This document shows positions 18,383 to 28,084 of a DNA stretch of 64,000 nt, piece after piece. Origin of the DNA: Nitrospirota bacterium (GTDB lineage: Bacteria > Nitrospirota > JACRHL01). A model generated the notes under the pieces. It ran no database searches and had not been told where the DNA came from. It saw nothing but the letters and a program-made list of their open reading frames with translations. The position numbers were made by a program, and so were the translations under genes. How positions within the stretch are numbered: position 1 is the first letter of the stretch; each line of letters starts with the position of its first letter. The stretch spans positions 3,470-67,469 of the forward strand of contig JAOUFN010000012.1 of assembly GCA_029858285.1 (NCBI GenBank). The letters run 5' to 3'.

Positions 18383-18703
18383 CTAGAGGTGCGCCTCGAT
18401 CTTGCTCTTGAGCTGCTGGCTGGAGGCGGCGCCCACCACGCGGTCCACCTGCTGGCCGTTCTTGATGAACAGCAAGGTGGGAATGCCCATCACCTGATAA
18501 CGGGTGGCAACATCCTGGTTTTCGTCGGTATTGACCTTCACCACCTTGCAACGACCCTCGTATTCCTTGGCGAGGGCGTCCACAGTGGGGGCGATCATCT
18601 TGCACGGGCCGCACCACGGCGCCCAGAAATCCACCATCACCAGTGTTCCGGCCTGCAGAACTTCCTGATCAAACTCGGCCGAACTAACCGCAATGGAACC
18701 CAT
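18383..18703 (-). CDS. trxA: thioredoxin
   Basis: WCGPC active site. 106 aa with a canonical TrxA sequence. Confidence 0.92.
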   Translation of the reverse strand: MGSIAVSSAEFDQEVLQAGTLVMVDFWAPWCGPCKMIAPTVDALAKEYEGRCKVVKVNTDENQDVATRYQVMGIPTLLFIKNGQQVDRVVGAASSQQLKSKIEAHL

Positions 18704-18886
18704 GTCTGTCTCCTCGCTACAAAAACCGACGCGCCGTTCATGGCCCTGCGCCAGTGACGACCCGATCGACCGGGATGCCCCGCCAAAAAGGACAACGCCC
18801 GCTCATTTTAAGAACCCCTTCACCCCCCGGTCAATCGGGCAATCCGATGGTTAGCGGATAAAAATTGTGACCTGTGAGACAAAAAG

Positions 18887-18901
18887 CCCGGCCCATCCGG
18901 G
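18887..18901 (-). terminator. GC hairpin (CCCGG-N5-CCGGG) flanked by an A5 run (18881-18885) on one side and a T9 run (18911-18919) on the other; terminator-like in the minus orientation
   Basis: The minus strand reads ACCCGGATGGGCCGGG-CTTTTTGT. It sits about 180 bp upstream of trxA with no annotated minus-strand gene feeding into it. Confidence 0.3.
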
Positions 18902-19289
18902 TTTGGTCCGTGCCGACGTTTTTTTTTCGTTCCCCCCGGCAGTCAAGAATCTGTCCGGCAGGGGTGACATCGGCCACGGGTCGACCGTGGTCAGTTTGAC
19001 TTCTCATGCCGGTTTGTTTACAGTTTTTTCCGGATTCCGGTGCGGTGCGTCCGAAGGTGTGCGCTGTGACGCGTACGCTGTGGCATGGACGCATCGGGGA
19101 GGTGTCGCCCGGCGCGGTCGTTGCCGGGATGTACACGGCGAGGAGCCGGTGGCGTGGCAACTGGCGGCATGCTGGCTTGCGGGAGCGGTTGGGTTCGGTG
19201 ACGCGGAAAAGCGCAACCGGGCGCCCATCCCCGGTCACGGCGGTCGTTACCGAACAACTGAGGAAACGGTTACAACGGAGATGGTCACC

Positions 19290-19394
19290 ATGAAGAAGAA
19301 CATGGACGGCATTGTGTGGGCCTGCATCGCCTGGGGCATCGTGGTTACGATTTTCATGTTTGTCGAAGGCGGCGGCATCTGGCCGCGCGGGTAG
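19290..19394 (+). CDS. candidate small membrane protein (34 aa: MKKNMDGIVWACIAWGIVVTIFMFVEGGGIWPRG)
   Basis: ATG with ACGGAG about 10 nt upstream. It has a single hydrophobic helix, and the stop codon is followed immediately by a T7 run. No homolog is recognised. Confidence 0.3.
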   Translation: MKKNMDGIVWACIAWGIVVTIFMFVEGGGIWPRG

Positions 19395-19401
19395 TTTTTT
19401 T
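19372..19401 (+). terminator. weak hairpin (GCGGC-ATCTG-GCCGC) + T7 immediately after the small-ORF stop
   Basis: The T7 at 19395-19401 is unusual in a 68% GC genome. The stem is short and lies 8 nt from the U-tract. Confidence 0.3.
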
Positions 19402-19528
19402 GCGACATGGGTCGCGCGTCGGCGCCCCGCGCCGGCAGGATTCGGGGCGGTCCGTCAGGGCCGCCCCGTTTTCGTTGTCACCAATGCCCGTGCTTGCCCG
19501 CAATTATCCTGCGGCGAGGGAGAATTCG

Positions 19529-20626
19529 ATGTTCCGCACCCATCTGTTCCACCGTCCGGCGTCGGGAGTGCCCCTGCGGGCGGGCTCATTGCCGGGCGTT
19601 TTGCTGCTGACCCTTTCGGTCGCCCTGTTGCTCGCGTGGGCGTCCCCGTCCGCAGCGGCAGTCGTCGACCGGGTGGCCGCAGTGGTGGGCAATGAGGCCA
19701 TCACCGTGTCGGAGCTTGAGGAGCAGTGGGACCATGTGCGTCAGGATCCGCGTCTGGTGGCCCGACTGCACGACCGGGCCGCGGTGCTGTCGCGCCTGAT
19801 CGACCAGCGGCTGCAACTGGTGCGGGCCCGGGAGCTGGGGCTGGCCCCCAGGGCGGAGGAGGTGGAGGTGGAGATCAACCGGGTGATGAGCGAAAACCAC
19901 CTCCAGTCCCTGACCGAACTGACTGCCGCCCTGAACGCGGAAGGACTCACCCTGGAGGAATTCCGCCGCCACAAACGCGATGAAATCGCCCTGGTGCGGG
20001 TGGCGCAGCGCGAGGTGGTCAGCCACATCCGTCTGGGCGAGACGGCGGTCCGGCGCTATTACACGGAACACATCGACCTGTTTTCGCCGGCGCCGGTCAT
20101 GCACCTGCGCCAGATCCAGGCATCCTTTGCCGGGCTGCCCGAAGCGGAACAGGCGAGCGCCCGTCAGCGCATGCAGGAACTGGCGGCCAAAATCAGTGGC
20201 ACCGACGCCTTTCTGACCGCAGAGCGGGAACTGGCGGGCACCCCCGGCATGTCGGTGGGCGAAATCGGTACCGTTTCCCTTGCTGACCTGCGCCCGGAAC
20301 TGGCGCGGGCGGTACACCTGTTACAGACCGGACAGGTGAGTGCGGTGGTGGATATTCCAGGAACCGGGGGCGGGGGGGGCGGCGTGGCCCTGTTCCTGGC
20401 CCAGGAAGTGCGGCGCGAGGCGCCGCGCCCGTTCAGCGAAGTCGGCGACACCGTGCGCGAACTGGCCACCCGCGAGGAGGCGGATCGGCGCGTGGGCGAG
20501 TGGCTTGCCTCCCTGCGCCGCGAAGCGCATATCGTGATTCTTTCCCTGGGCGAGGATGCCCAGGCATTGGCACCGGTCCCGGCTCCGGAATCGGCGTCCG
20601 CACCGGTCCCGGCGCCCGCCCCCTGA
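19529..20626 (+). CDS. periplasmic peptidyl-prolyl cis-trans isomerase, SurA-N-terminal-domain/parvulin family
   Basis: Internal ATG with GAGGGA 8 nt upstream. It has a signal peptide and a SurA-like N-terminal chaperone region (VVDRVAAVVGNEAITVSELEEQ), followed by one PpiC-like domain. A G8 tract encodes an unusual Gly6 stretch. Confidence 0.6.
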   Translation: MFRTHLFHRPASGVPLRAGSLPGVLLLTLSVALLLAWASPSAAAVVDRVAAVVGNEAITVSELEEQWDHVRQDPRLVARLHDRAAVLSRLIDQRLQLVRARELGLAPRAEEVEVEINRVMSENHLQSLTELTAALNAEGLTLEEFRRHKRDEIALVRVAQREVVSHIRLGETAVRRYYTEHIDLFSPAPVMHLRQIQASFAGLPEAEQASARQRMQELAAKISGTDAFLTAERELAGTPGMSVGEIGTVSLADLRPELARAVHLLQTGQVSAVVDIPGTGGGGGGVALFLAQEVRREAPRPFSEVGDTVRELATREEADRRVGEWLASLRREAHIVILSLGEDAQALAPVPAPESASAPVPAPAP

Positions 20627-20660
20627 CCCGGTCCCCTGACGGGGCCCCGGCGGGCATGGC

Positions 20661-22193
20661 TCAGGCCTGGCGCGACTGCTGGATTTCGTACTCTTCCATG
20701 TGGCGGCGGCGGTCGGCCTTGACCACCAGTTCCTTGCGCACCTCGGCCTCCAGGGCTTCCAGACTCTCCCGATCCTCTCCCATCAGGATCTCGGCCACCG
20801 CCGGGTGCACCGACAGGGTGAGCACCTTGGCCGGACGGTCGGCCGCGCTGACGCGGATCTCGCGGAACATCTCGTAGGCCACCGTGGTCGGGCTCTTGGT
20901 AAAACCGCGCCCGTCGCAGTAGCGGCACGGCTCGCAATGCACCTGTTGCAGGTTTTCGCGCTTGCGCTGGCGGCTCATTTCCACCAGCCCCAGATCGCTC
21001 ATGCGGTACAGGTTGATGCGCGCCTTGTCCTGGGACACCGCCTGTTGCAGGGCCTGGAACACCCGGTCGCGGTTGCCGGCCTCGTCCATATCGATAAAGT
21101 CGATGATGATGATGCCGCCGATGTTGCGGAAGCGCAGTTGGTGGGCGATCTCCTTGACCGCCTCCAGATTGGTTTTGGTGATGGTGTCTTCCAGGCTGCC
21201 GGTCTTGCCCACGTAGCGCCCGGTGTTGACGTCCACCACGGTGAGGGCCTCGGTGGTCTCGATGATGATGTAGCCGCCGCTTTTCAGCCACACGCGCTTG
21301 CCGAGACCGCGCGAAATCTCCGCCTCGATGTTGAAATACTCGAACAGGGGCGACGGGCCTTCATACAGGAACACCCGGTCGGCCACGCTCGGCAGGTAGG
21401 CCTGCACAAACTCCATCACCTGCTCGAAGTGGCGGCGCGAGTCGATGATCAGCCGGTCCACCTCGGGGGTGAACATGTCGCGCACGGCGCGGAAGGTGAG
21501 GTCGAGGTCCATGTGCAGCAGGCACGGGGCCTTGAGGTACTGCCACTTTTTGAGGATGTTGCCCCACAGCAGCTCCAGAAAACCCATGTCGGAGGCGAAT
21601 TCCTCCTCGGGCACGCCGGAGCTGACGGTGCGCACGATGTAGCCGCCGTTGGTGGTGGACAGGTTGTCCACGATCTCCTTCAGGCGCCGCCGCTCGCGGT
21701 CGGAACCGATGCGCCGCGAAATGCCCACGTGACGGATGCCCGGCATGAACACCAGATAACGCCCGGGCAGGGAGACATACATGGTCACCCGCGGCCCCTT
21801 GGTGGAGATCGGCTCCTTGGAAACCTGCACGATGATCTCGTCGCCGGAGCGCAGCAGCATCTCGATGGGCCGCCCGGCGGCACGGGCGCGGCGCCCCTCG
21901 CGGGGGCCACGGGAGGATTCCTCCTCGTCCGAGTCGCCGCCGATCAGGTCTTCGTAGCGCTTGTCCGGGTCGAGCACGTCGCCCACATAGAGGAAGGCGC
22001 TCTTGTCCAGGCCGATGTCCACAAACGCCGCCTGCATGCCGGGCAGCACCCGCAGCACCTTGGCCTTGTAGATGTTGCCGACAATGCCGCGCTCCTTGGT
22101 GCGTTCGGTGAACAACTGCTGGAGCAGGTCGCCCTCTAAAAGGGCGACGCGGGTTTCCTCGCGGGTGGCGTTGATGAGTATCTCTAGGGGCAC
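20661..22193 (-). CDS. rng: ribonuclease G (RNase E/G family, catalytic domain only)
   Basis: GTG start. The N-terminus aligns with E. coli Rng (LINATREETRVALLEGDLLQQLFTER). At 510 aa it lacks the RNase E scaffold region. Confidence 0.8.
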   Translation of the reverse strand: MPLEILINATREETRVALLEGDLLQQLFTERTKERGIVGNIYKAKVLRVLPGMQAAFVDIGLDKSAFLYVGDVLDPDKRYEDLIGGDSDEEESSRGPREGRRARAAGRPIEMLLRSGDEIIVQVSKEPISTKGPRVTMYVSLPGRYLVFMPGIRHVGISRRIGSDRERRRLKEIVDNLSTTNGGYIVRTVSSGVPEEEFASDMGFLELLWGNILKKWQYLKAPCLLHMDLDLTFRAVRDMFTPEVDRLIIDSRRHFEQVMEFVQAYLPSVADRVFLYEGPSPLFEYFNIEAEISRGLGKRVWLKSGGYIIIETTEALTVVDVNTGRYVGKTGSLEDTITKTNLEAVKEIAHQLRFRNIGGIIIIDFIDMDEAGNRDRVFQALQQAVSQDKARINLYRMSDLGLVEMSRQRKRENLQQVHCEPCRYCDGRGFTKSPTTVAYEMFREIRVSAADRPAKVLTLSVHPAVAEILMGEDRESLEALEAEVRKELVVKADRRRHMEEYEIQQSRQA

Positions 22194-24925
22194 GAAATAA
22201 CCTGTGTATCCAGTTGCAGGGGGAGCGGATCGCGGCGGTGTGGATCCATCAGATCGTACACATGGCCGCCATCAGCATACATCAGCCCAACCCGACGAAT
22301 GTGTACGGGATTTTCCTCACTGCCCGCAAGCCCGGCGGCTTCCAGCACCTCGGAGACCCGTGCGGTGCGGTTGCCTTCCGAGCCCAGGTGCAACAGCAGG
22401 TGGCTGTCCCGCGCCTCCAGGTGGCGCAGCAGGGGCCGGAGGTCGAAGCCACGCGCCGCCGCGCCGTCCTTGCCCGGACGGCTGACCGGCAGGGTCGGCC
22501 GGGCCAGCAGGTCGGCGACGCGGGCGCCCAGATCCGGGGCCGGGCCCAGCTTCCAGCGCACTTCGTAGGCGTAAATCATCTCTTCCAGGGCCAGGCCGCG
22601 CCCGCCGGATTGCACCTCCACCGCGCCGGTGACCACGATGCCGTCCGGCAGGGAATCGTTGAAGGCGGCGCACAATTCGTCCGGCTCCACCGGGCGGGTG
22701 AGGATTACGTCCAGCACCTCGGCGGCGCTTTCCACCCCCAGGGACAGGGCCGGGCCAAAGGACAGGCGCGGGCGCGGGTGGTGGCCTTCGCTGATCGCCA
22801 CCGGCAGCTTCGAGCGCCGCACCACGCGGGCGAACAGGGCGATCAGTTCCAGGTGGGAGAGAAAGGCGAACAGACCCAGTTTGGTCCAGCGCAGACGGTA
22901 AACATGGCGCCCCCGCGCCGCTGCGGGGACGGACACCGGGGCGGCTGCGGCAAGGCCCTGGAGTTCCGGCACCAGGGGGTGGTTGAGGGTGTCTTCCGCG
23001 AGGGGCAGTTCGAACTCCCCGGCCCTCTCCCCGGCGGGTACGAATACCCGGGGCACCACCTGGGAACCGGCCACGTCCGCCGTGCACACGCCACAGTCGC
23101 CGCACAGGCCGTAGCGGCAGTCGCGGATCACCCGCTCGCGCAGGGAGCGGGCCAAGTCGGCGGCAAAATACGCCTTGCTGGTGCCGCAATCGATCATGTC
23201 CCAGGGCAAAATCTCGTCGGTGGGGATGTCGCGCTCGGCGTAGAACGCCGGGTCCAGCCCGAAATGGGCGAACACCGCCTCCCACGCAGTGGGGTCGATC
23301 ATCTCTTCCCAGGCGTCCATGCGCAGGCCGCGGCGGAAAGCCTCCTCCACCACCGGTGCCAGACGCCGGTCGCCGCGGGAAAAGGCCCCCTCCAGACGCG
23401 ACACGCGTTCGTCCTTCCAGGTAAAGCGCGCACCGCGCACGTCGCGCAGGCGTTCCCGCAAGTGACGGCGGCGGCGCTCCACCTCGTCCATGGGCATCTG
23501 GCCGATCCACTGGAACGGCGTCATCGGTTTGGGCACATAGACCGAGGTGCTGACCTTGATCTGGCGCGGCTTGCCACCCAGACTGCGGCCCACCGACAGG
23601 GCCTCCCGCGCCAGCCGGACGATACCGTCCAGGTCTTCCAGCTCCTCGGTGGGCAGGCCGTACATGAAGTAGAATTTGATCTCCGGCCAGCCCTCGGAAA
23701 ACACGTTGCGCACGGCGGTCAGCAGGTCGGCCTCGGAGATGGGCTTGTTGATGACCTGGCGCAGGCGTTCGGAACCCGCCTCCGGGGCCATGGTGAAGCC
23801 GGTTTTGGTGACCCTCTTGATTTGCCGCACCACCGCCGGGGTCAGGGTGCCGATGCGCAGGGACGGAAGGGAATAGGCGATGCCCTGCTCGGCGGTGCGG
23901 TCCACCAGGTCCTTGAGAAGGGGGTAAAGGCACAGGTAGTCGCCGGTGGACAGGGACGCCAGGGACACCTGATCGAGGCCGGTGTCGCGCAGGGAACCCA
24001 GCACCAGTTCGCGCACCCGCTCCGGGGAGCGCTCGCGTACCGGGCGGTAGGTGTAACCCGCCTGACAGAAGCGGCAGCCGTGGGTGCAGCCACGGGTGAC
24101 CTCCACGCTGATGCGGTCGAACACCGCGCGGGCGCTGGGCAGCACCGGATCGGTGGGGTAGAAGGCGCCGTCCAGGTCCGCCACCACGCGGCGCAGCACC
24201 GTGGCCGGAGCCCCCTCGGCGGGGACGATGGCCGCCACCCGGCCGTCGGCATGGTGTTCCACCCGGTACAGGGAGGGAACATAGACGCCGGGGATGCGCG
24301 CCAGCGCCGCCAGCACCTCGGTGCGGCTGCCGCCGGACTCGCGCCAGTCCCGCGCCGTGTCCAGCAGTTCGTGGATCACCTCTTCGCCGTCGCCGATCAC
24401 GAAAGCATCGAAAAAAGGCGCCAGCGGCTCCGGGTTGTAGACGGCGGCGCCGCCACCGATCACCAGGGGATGGCGTTCGTCCCGCCGTTCCGCGTGCAGC
24501 GGGATGCCCGCCAGGTCGATCACCGCCAGAATATTAGTGAAGGTGAGTTCGTAGGGGATGGAGATGCCGAGAATGTCGAAATCGGCCAGCGACCGCCCGC
24601 TCTCCAGCGCCGTCAGGGGACGCCCGCGCCGCCGCAGCGCCTGTTCATGGTCGGGCCACGGGGTGTAGGCGCGGTCCGCCAGGGCATCGGTGCGGCTGTT
24701 GACGATGCGGTAGAGAATCTGCAACCCCATGTTGGAGATGCCGATTTCGTAGGCGTCGGGAAAGATCAGCGCCATGCGCACCCGGGCGTCGGCCCACGGC
24801 TTGTGCGCGGCATTGGTTTCGCCACCGATGTAGCGCGACGGACGCTCCACCCCCGCCAACAGCGCGAAGGTGTCGAAATCCGGTTCCGGCAGCGGGACCG
24901 GGGCCCCATGGGTGTTGTGATGCAT
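22184..24925 (-). CDS. B12-binding radical SAM protein (TIGR03960-like) fused to a DUF2344 (TIGR03936-like) domain
   Basis: Start is the internal ATG MHHNTHG. The ORF's first codon is TTG with no SD. The N-terminal half is radical-SAM-like. The architecture and size fit the family commonly found next to rne/rng. It overlaps the rng start by 10 nt. Confidence 0.6.
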   Translation of the reverse strand: MHHNTHGAPVPLPEPDFDTFALLAGVERPSRYIGGETNAAHKPWADARVRMALIFPDAYEIGISNMGLQILYRIVNSRTDALADRAYTPWPDHEQALRRRGRPLTALESGRSLADFDILGISIPYELTFTNILAVIDLAGIPLHAERRDERHPLVIGGGAAVYNPEPLAPFFDAFVIGDGEEVIHELLDTARDWRESGGSRTEVLAALARIPGVYVPSLYRVEHHADGRVAAIVPAEGAPATVLRRVVADLDGAFYPTDPVLPSARAVFDRISVEVTRGCTHGCRFCQAGYTYRPVRERSPERVRELVLGSLRDTGLDQVSLASLSTGDYLCLYPLLKDLVDRTAEQGIAYSLPSLRIGTLTPAVVRQIKRVTKTGFTMAPEAGSERLRQVINKPISEADLLTAVRNVFSEGWPEIKFYFMYGLPTEELEDLDGIVRLAREALSVGRSLGGKPRQIKVSTSVYVPKPMTPFQWIGQMPMDEVERRRRHLRERLRDVRGARFTWKDERVSRLEGAFSRGDRRLAPVVEEAFRRGLRMDAWEEMIDPTAWEAVFAHFGLDPAFYAERDIPTDEILPWDMIDCGTSKAYFAADLARSLRERVIRDCRYGLCGDCGVCTADVAGSQVVPRVFVPAGERAGEFELPLAEDTLNHPLVPELQGLAAAAPVSVPAAARGRHVYRLRWTKLGLFAFLSHLELIALFARVVRRSKLPVAISEGHHPRPRLSFGPALSLGVESAAEVLDVILTRPVEPDELCAAFNDSLPDGIVVTGAVEVQSGGRGLALEEMIYAYEVRWKLGPAPDLGARVADLLARPTLPVSRPGKDGAAARGFDLRPLLRHLEARDSHLLLHLGSEGNRTARVSEVLEAAGLAGSEENPVHIRRVGLMYADGGHVYDLMDPHRRDPLPLQLDTQVISCP

Positions 24926-25079
24926 CGAAAAATTATCTGATGCCAGCGCTGGCGGCAGGGCTGGCGGCAATCAGCGGTACGATCAGCGGTACAAAATGCG
25001 GCGGCCCCAAAAATCCGTCAGCACCGGACGGACCCGGCAATCCCGGAAGCCCGCACGGACAACGCGGGCCGCCGTGAAA

Positions 25080-26204
25080 TCAGCGGTACATGCTGATGTG
25101 CCGCTGCAGGTGAACGTTGGAAAGAATGCCGAGGGCGGCCATGTTGGTCACCAGGGCAGTGCCGCCATAACTCATCAGCGGCAACGGCACCCCCACCACG
25201 GGCATCAGCCCCAGTGTCATGCCCAAATTCACGAAAACGTAGAACGTTAACATGCAGACGATGGCCGCGGCAAGCAGCGTGCCCTCGATGTCCCGCGAAC
25301 GGCGGGCAATGTCCAGCCCGCGCCAGATCAATCCGGCAAACAGGGACAGCAGCACCATGACCCCCAAAAAACCCCACTGCTCGGCAAATACCGCAAAGAT
25401 GAAGTCGGTGTGGCCCTCCGGCAGGAACTTGAGCTGGCTCTGGCTGCCCTGCAGAAAACCCTGCCCCACCACCCCCCCGGCGCCAATGGCGATTTTGGAC
25501 TGCATTACGTGATAGCCCGCCCCCAGGGGGTCGGCCTCGGGATCGAAGAAGGTTACCAGGCGGTTACGCTGGTAGGAGTGCAGGCTGTTCCAGAAAAATT
25601 CCCAGAAAAACGGCAGGATCAGGGCCGTCGCCAGAACCATGGAGATCAGCGAACGCGGCCGGATGCCGGCAATCAGCACCATCACCCCGAACAGGAACAG
25701 GATCATCAGCGCCGACCCCAGATCCGGCTGCTTGAGCACCATGACCGCGGGGATGAAGGCCAGGGCTCCGGGAATCAGCAACTCGCGGAAACGAAACCCT
25801 CCCGCCGGCACCCGGTCCGCCAGATAGCGGGTCAACAGCAGCAGCACCGCCAGGCGCGCCAGCTCCGAGGGTTGCAGGCTGAGCCCGCCAATCTGCACCC
25901 AGCGCTGCGCCCCCATGCCCACCTTGCCGATGGCCAGCACCACCCCCAGCAGGATGATGGCCGTCCAATAGATGTAGGCGGCCGCCTTGAGCAGCCGGTG
26001 GTAGTCGAAGGCGGACAGCGCCACAAACACCACCATTCCCGCCAGTGCCCAGACCATCTGCTTGAGATACAGGGGCACCTCACCCCGCGTCCACTGGTCG
26101 GTGACGGAAAAAATGGTGGTGATGCCAAGAAACAGCAGGGCCAGGATGAAACCCACCAGCTTCCAGTCCAGGTGCAGAAAGAAGCGACGATCGACGGTGA
26201 ACAT
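25080..26204 (-). CDS. rodA: rod shape-determining protein RodA (SEDS family)
   Basis: FtsW/RodA/SpoVE signature throughout. The stop/start overlaps mrdA (ATGA). Confidence 0.9.
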   Translation of the reverse strand: MFTVDRRFFLHLDWKLVGFILALLFLGITTIFSVTDQWTRGEVPLYLKQMVWALAGMVVFVALSAFDYHRLLKAAAYIYWTAIILLGVVLAIGKVGMGAQRWVQIGGLSLQPSELARLAVLLLLTRYLADRVPAGGFRFRELLIPGALAFIPAVMVLKQPDLGSALMILFLFGVMVLIAGIRPRSLISMVLATALILPFFWEFFWNSLHSYQRNRLVTFFDPEADPLGAGYHVMQSKIAIGAGGVVGQGFLQGSQSQLKFLPEGHTDFIFAVFAEQWGFLGVMVLLSLFAGLIWRGLDIARRSRDIEGTLLAAAIVCMLTFYVFVNLGMTLGLMPVVGVPLPLMSYGGTALVTNMAALGILSNVHLQRHISMYR

Positions 26205-28084
26205 CAGGTGGCCTCCCGTTCCCGATGGCGCTGTTCCAGCACCTTGTACAGTTCCTCGTCCGGCGGCGCCAGGCCGCGCTGGGTGATGTAGGATTCAATC
26301 ACCTGCCGCGCCACCGGCGCCGAGGCGCCGCCACCGTGGGCGCCATGCTCCACCAGCACGCCGACCGCAATCACCGGGTTGTCCACCGGGGCGAAGGCGG
26401 CAAACCAGGCGTGGTCGCGCAGCTTCAGGGGCACTTTGTCGTCCGCCATTTCGCGCATTTCGTCACTCTGGGAGACCACCTGGGCGGTGCCGGTCTTGCC
26501 GGCCACCGTCACCAATTTGCTGCGCGCGGCGTGGGCGGTGCCGTGGGGGTCGACCACGACACCGGCCATGGCCGCGTGCAGGGCCGTATAGGTGGAGGGC
26601 GACAGTTCCACCGTCTGCAAGCGGCGCGACGGTGCCGGTTTGAGGGCGTCAAGCTGGCTGTCCCACACCCCCAACTGCACCCGTGGCACAAAGCGTTGGC
26701 CGTTCATGCCGACGGCCGCCATCAACTGGGCGATTTGCAACGGCGTGGTGGACACATAACCCTGGCCGATCACCACCGAAAGGGTTTCACCCGGATACCA
26801 GACCTGCCCGCGCGCCCTCTTTTTCCACTCCGTGGACGGAATCAGGCCGGGGGACTCGCCCCCCAGGTCGATGCCGGAAAGCTTGCCCAGACCAAAGCGG
26901 GTGGCGAAATCGGCAATGGCGTCCACCCCCAGTTCATCGCCGTACTGGTAAAAAAAGACGTCGCAGCTCTGCACCACGGCCTGGTACAAATCCACCAACC
27001 CGTGGCCCTGCTTCTTCCAGTCGCGGAAGGTGCGGTTGCCAAAGCGGTACTGGCCGATGCAAAAACGGTCCTGGCCGCCGTGAAATTTTTCCAGCACCGC
27101 CGCCGCCACCGGAATCTTGAACACGGAGCCGGGGGGGTAGGTGCCCTGCAACACACGGTTGAACAGCGGGCGCTCCGGATCGGTGATGATCTCCTTCCAG
27201 CGCTTGCTATCCACACCCCGGGCCAGTTCATCGGGGGAGAACTCCGGGTGGCTGACCAGCGCCAGCACCTGGCCGTTGCGCGGGTCGATCGCGATCACCG
27301 CCCCGGCACGGTCCCCCAGAGCCTCCTCCGCGACCCGCTGCACCTCCATGTCGATGGACAGGTACAGGTCGTTGCCAACCACCGGCGGCTGACGCTCGAT
27401 TTCGCCGGTTTCAAAGCCCTGGGCGTCCACCTCGATCTGGCGGGCGCCGTCCACCCCGCGCAGGGCGGCGTCATAGGAGCGTTCCACTCCGTACTGCCCC
27501 ACCTGGGCGCCAGGCAACACACCGAGGAAGGCATTGTCACCCAGTTGCTTTTCGGTCACCTCGCTGACGTAGCCCAGCACATGGGCGGCGGCGTTGCCGT
27601 AGGGATACTGGCGGCGGGTCTCGGCGACCACCCGCACGCCGGGAAGGCGCGCCCACTCCACCTCCGCCACCTGATCCATGGTCAGGTCGGTCTGCACGGT
27701 CACCGGCAGGTAGGGCACGGAACGGCGCTGACGGCGGGCCTGCTCCTTGATATGCCCCGCGTCCAGTCCGAGCATCTCGCCCACCTGATCTGCGGTGGCG
27801 TTCAGATCCTTGATGTCGTCCAGCACCAGCGCCAGGGAAAAGGTGGGCGTGTTGATGACCACCTGACGGCCGGCACGGTCAAAGATCAGGCCGCGATCGG
27901 ACGGCTCCACCACCTCGCGGATGCGGTTGCTGGTAGCCAGTTTGAGGTACTTTTCGTGTTGCAGAACCTGCAGGAACCAACTGCGCGACAGCAGGGACAC
28001 AAAGCCCAGGGTGATCACCACCGTGGCCAGCGCCAGCCGCTGGCGGATGGTCCAGCCCAGGGCGTCCCGTTCCAGGGTGATCAT
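26204..28084 (-). CDS. mrdA: penicillin-binding protein 2 (transpeptidase)
   Basis: N-terminal transmembrane segment plus dimerisation domain (RGLIFDRAGRQVV). SxxK (FKIP... STTPLQ), SxN and KTG motifs of the transpeptidase domain are present. Confidence 0.9.
   Translation of the reverse strand: MITLERDALGWTIRQRLALATVVITLGFVSLLSRSWFLQVLQHEKYLKLATSNRIREVVEPSDRGLIFDRAGRQVVINTPTFSLALVLDDIKDLNATADQVGEMLGLDAGHIKEQARRQRRSVPYLPVTVQTDLTMDQVAEVEWARLPGVRVVAETRRQYPYGNAAAHVLGYVSEVTEKQLGDNAFLGVLPGAQVGQYGVERSYDAALRGVDGARQIEVDAQGFETGEIERQPPVVGNDLYLSIDMEVQRVAEEALGDRAGAVIAIDPRNGQVLALVSHPEFSPDELARGVDSKRWKEIITDPERPLFNRVLQGTYPPGSVFKIPVAAAVLEKFHGGQDRFCIGQYRFGNRTFRDWKKQGHGLVDLYQAVVQSCDVFFYQYGDELGVDAIADFATRFGLGKLSGIDLGGESPGLIPSTEWKKRARGQVWYPGETLSVVIGQGYVSTTPLQIAQLMAAVGMNGQRFVPRVQLGVWDSQLDALKPAPSRRLQTVELSPSTYTALHAAMAGVVVDPHGTAHAARSKLVTVAGKTGTAQVVSQSDEMREMADDKVPLKLRDHAWFAAFAPVDNPVIAVGVLVEHGAHGGGASAPVARQVIESYITQRGLAPPDEELYKVLEQRHREREAT

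Noticed and set aside
20700-24940. Long plus-strand ORFs (20700..22139 and 22214..24940, the latter 908 aa) antisense to rng and the radical-SAM gene.
   Set aside because: Antisense to genes with strong family signatures. Arg/Gly/His-rich low-complexity translations.
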